In this document: positions 63,866 through 64,000 of the stretch, piece after piece
How the letters are laid out: each line of letters begins with the position of its first letter
Numbering within the stretch: the first letter of the stretch is position 1
NCBI GenBank assembly: GCA_963772725.1
Contig: CAVYYI010000003.1
Coordinates: forward strand, 640,001-704,000
Origin: an uncultured Phycisphaerales bacterium
GTDB taxonomy: Bacteria > Planctomycetota > Phycisphaerae > Sedimentisphaerales > Anaerobacaceae
DNA: 64,000 bases
Direction of reading: 5' to 3'
Notes under the pieces: generated by a model
The model's database searches: none
Told to the model about the DNA's origin: nothing
Seen by the model: only the letters and a program-made list of their open reading frames with translations
Translations under genes and position numbers: made by a program

Positions 63866-64000
63866 AAAAGCCCCCTTTCATTATTTTACAAGTTGATTTT
63901 ACCTTATTTCAAAAAATAAATCCGCTGTTATATGGAAAAATATTCACGGATTACTCTTGTGATGCCTAAAACCATCAATGAATTTACAGTATGCTATTTA

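Overview
This 64 kb bacterial window is probably from an anaerobic planctomycete of the Phycisphaerae/Sedimentisphaerales type. That is an inference from three PEP-CTERM genes, a GFTLIELLVV prepilin remnant, several sialate O-acetylesterases, Re-citrate synthase, PPi-PFK and a Cys-type CcmE. Positions 1-13.4 kb are the right end of an element integrated at tRNA-Phe. It carries IS21, IS5, a DUF932-like gene, a P-loop ATPase, a wHTH protein, a PD-(D/E)XK-like gene, a TerY-P-like vWA/PP2C/kinase triad, an excisionase-like gene and a tyrosine integrase. Positions 13.5-38.5 kb are mostly core or metabolic genes (ccmEABC, esterases, tRNA-Leu, aroE, ThuA, a GH110-like enzyme, HU, DegT) mixed with many short gene scars. 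Positions 43-52 kb hold a compact phage head module (portal, scaffold, major capsid, adaptor-like, collar-like, membrane/lipoprotein genes, D5-type helicase). No integrase, terminase, tail or endolysin is adjacent and host REPs sit between its genes, so it is a candidate domesticated GTA-like or capsid system. Small AT-rich membrane-protein genes at 38.6-39.7, 53.1-54.2 and 57.7-58.2 kb are bounded by a shared palindromic site (TAAATAG-N10-CTATTATT or a GGGACA variant) and mostly lie behind duplicated promoters, which suggests an integron-like cassette system. About 14 genes carry single-base frameshifts, most likely consensus sequencing errors, so pseudogene calls are tentative. All family assignments come from motif recognition by eye, not database searches.
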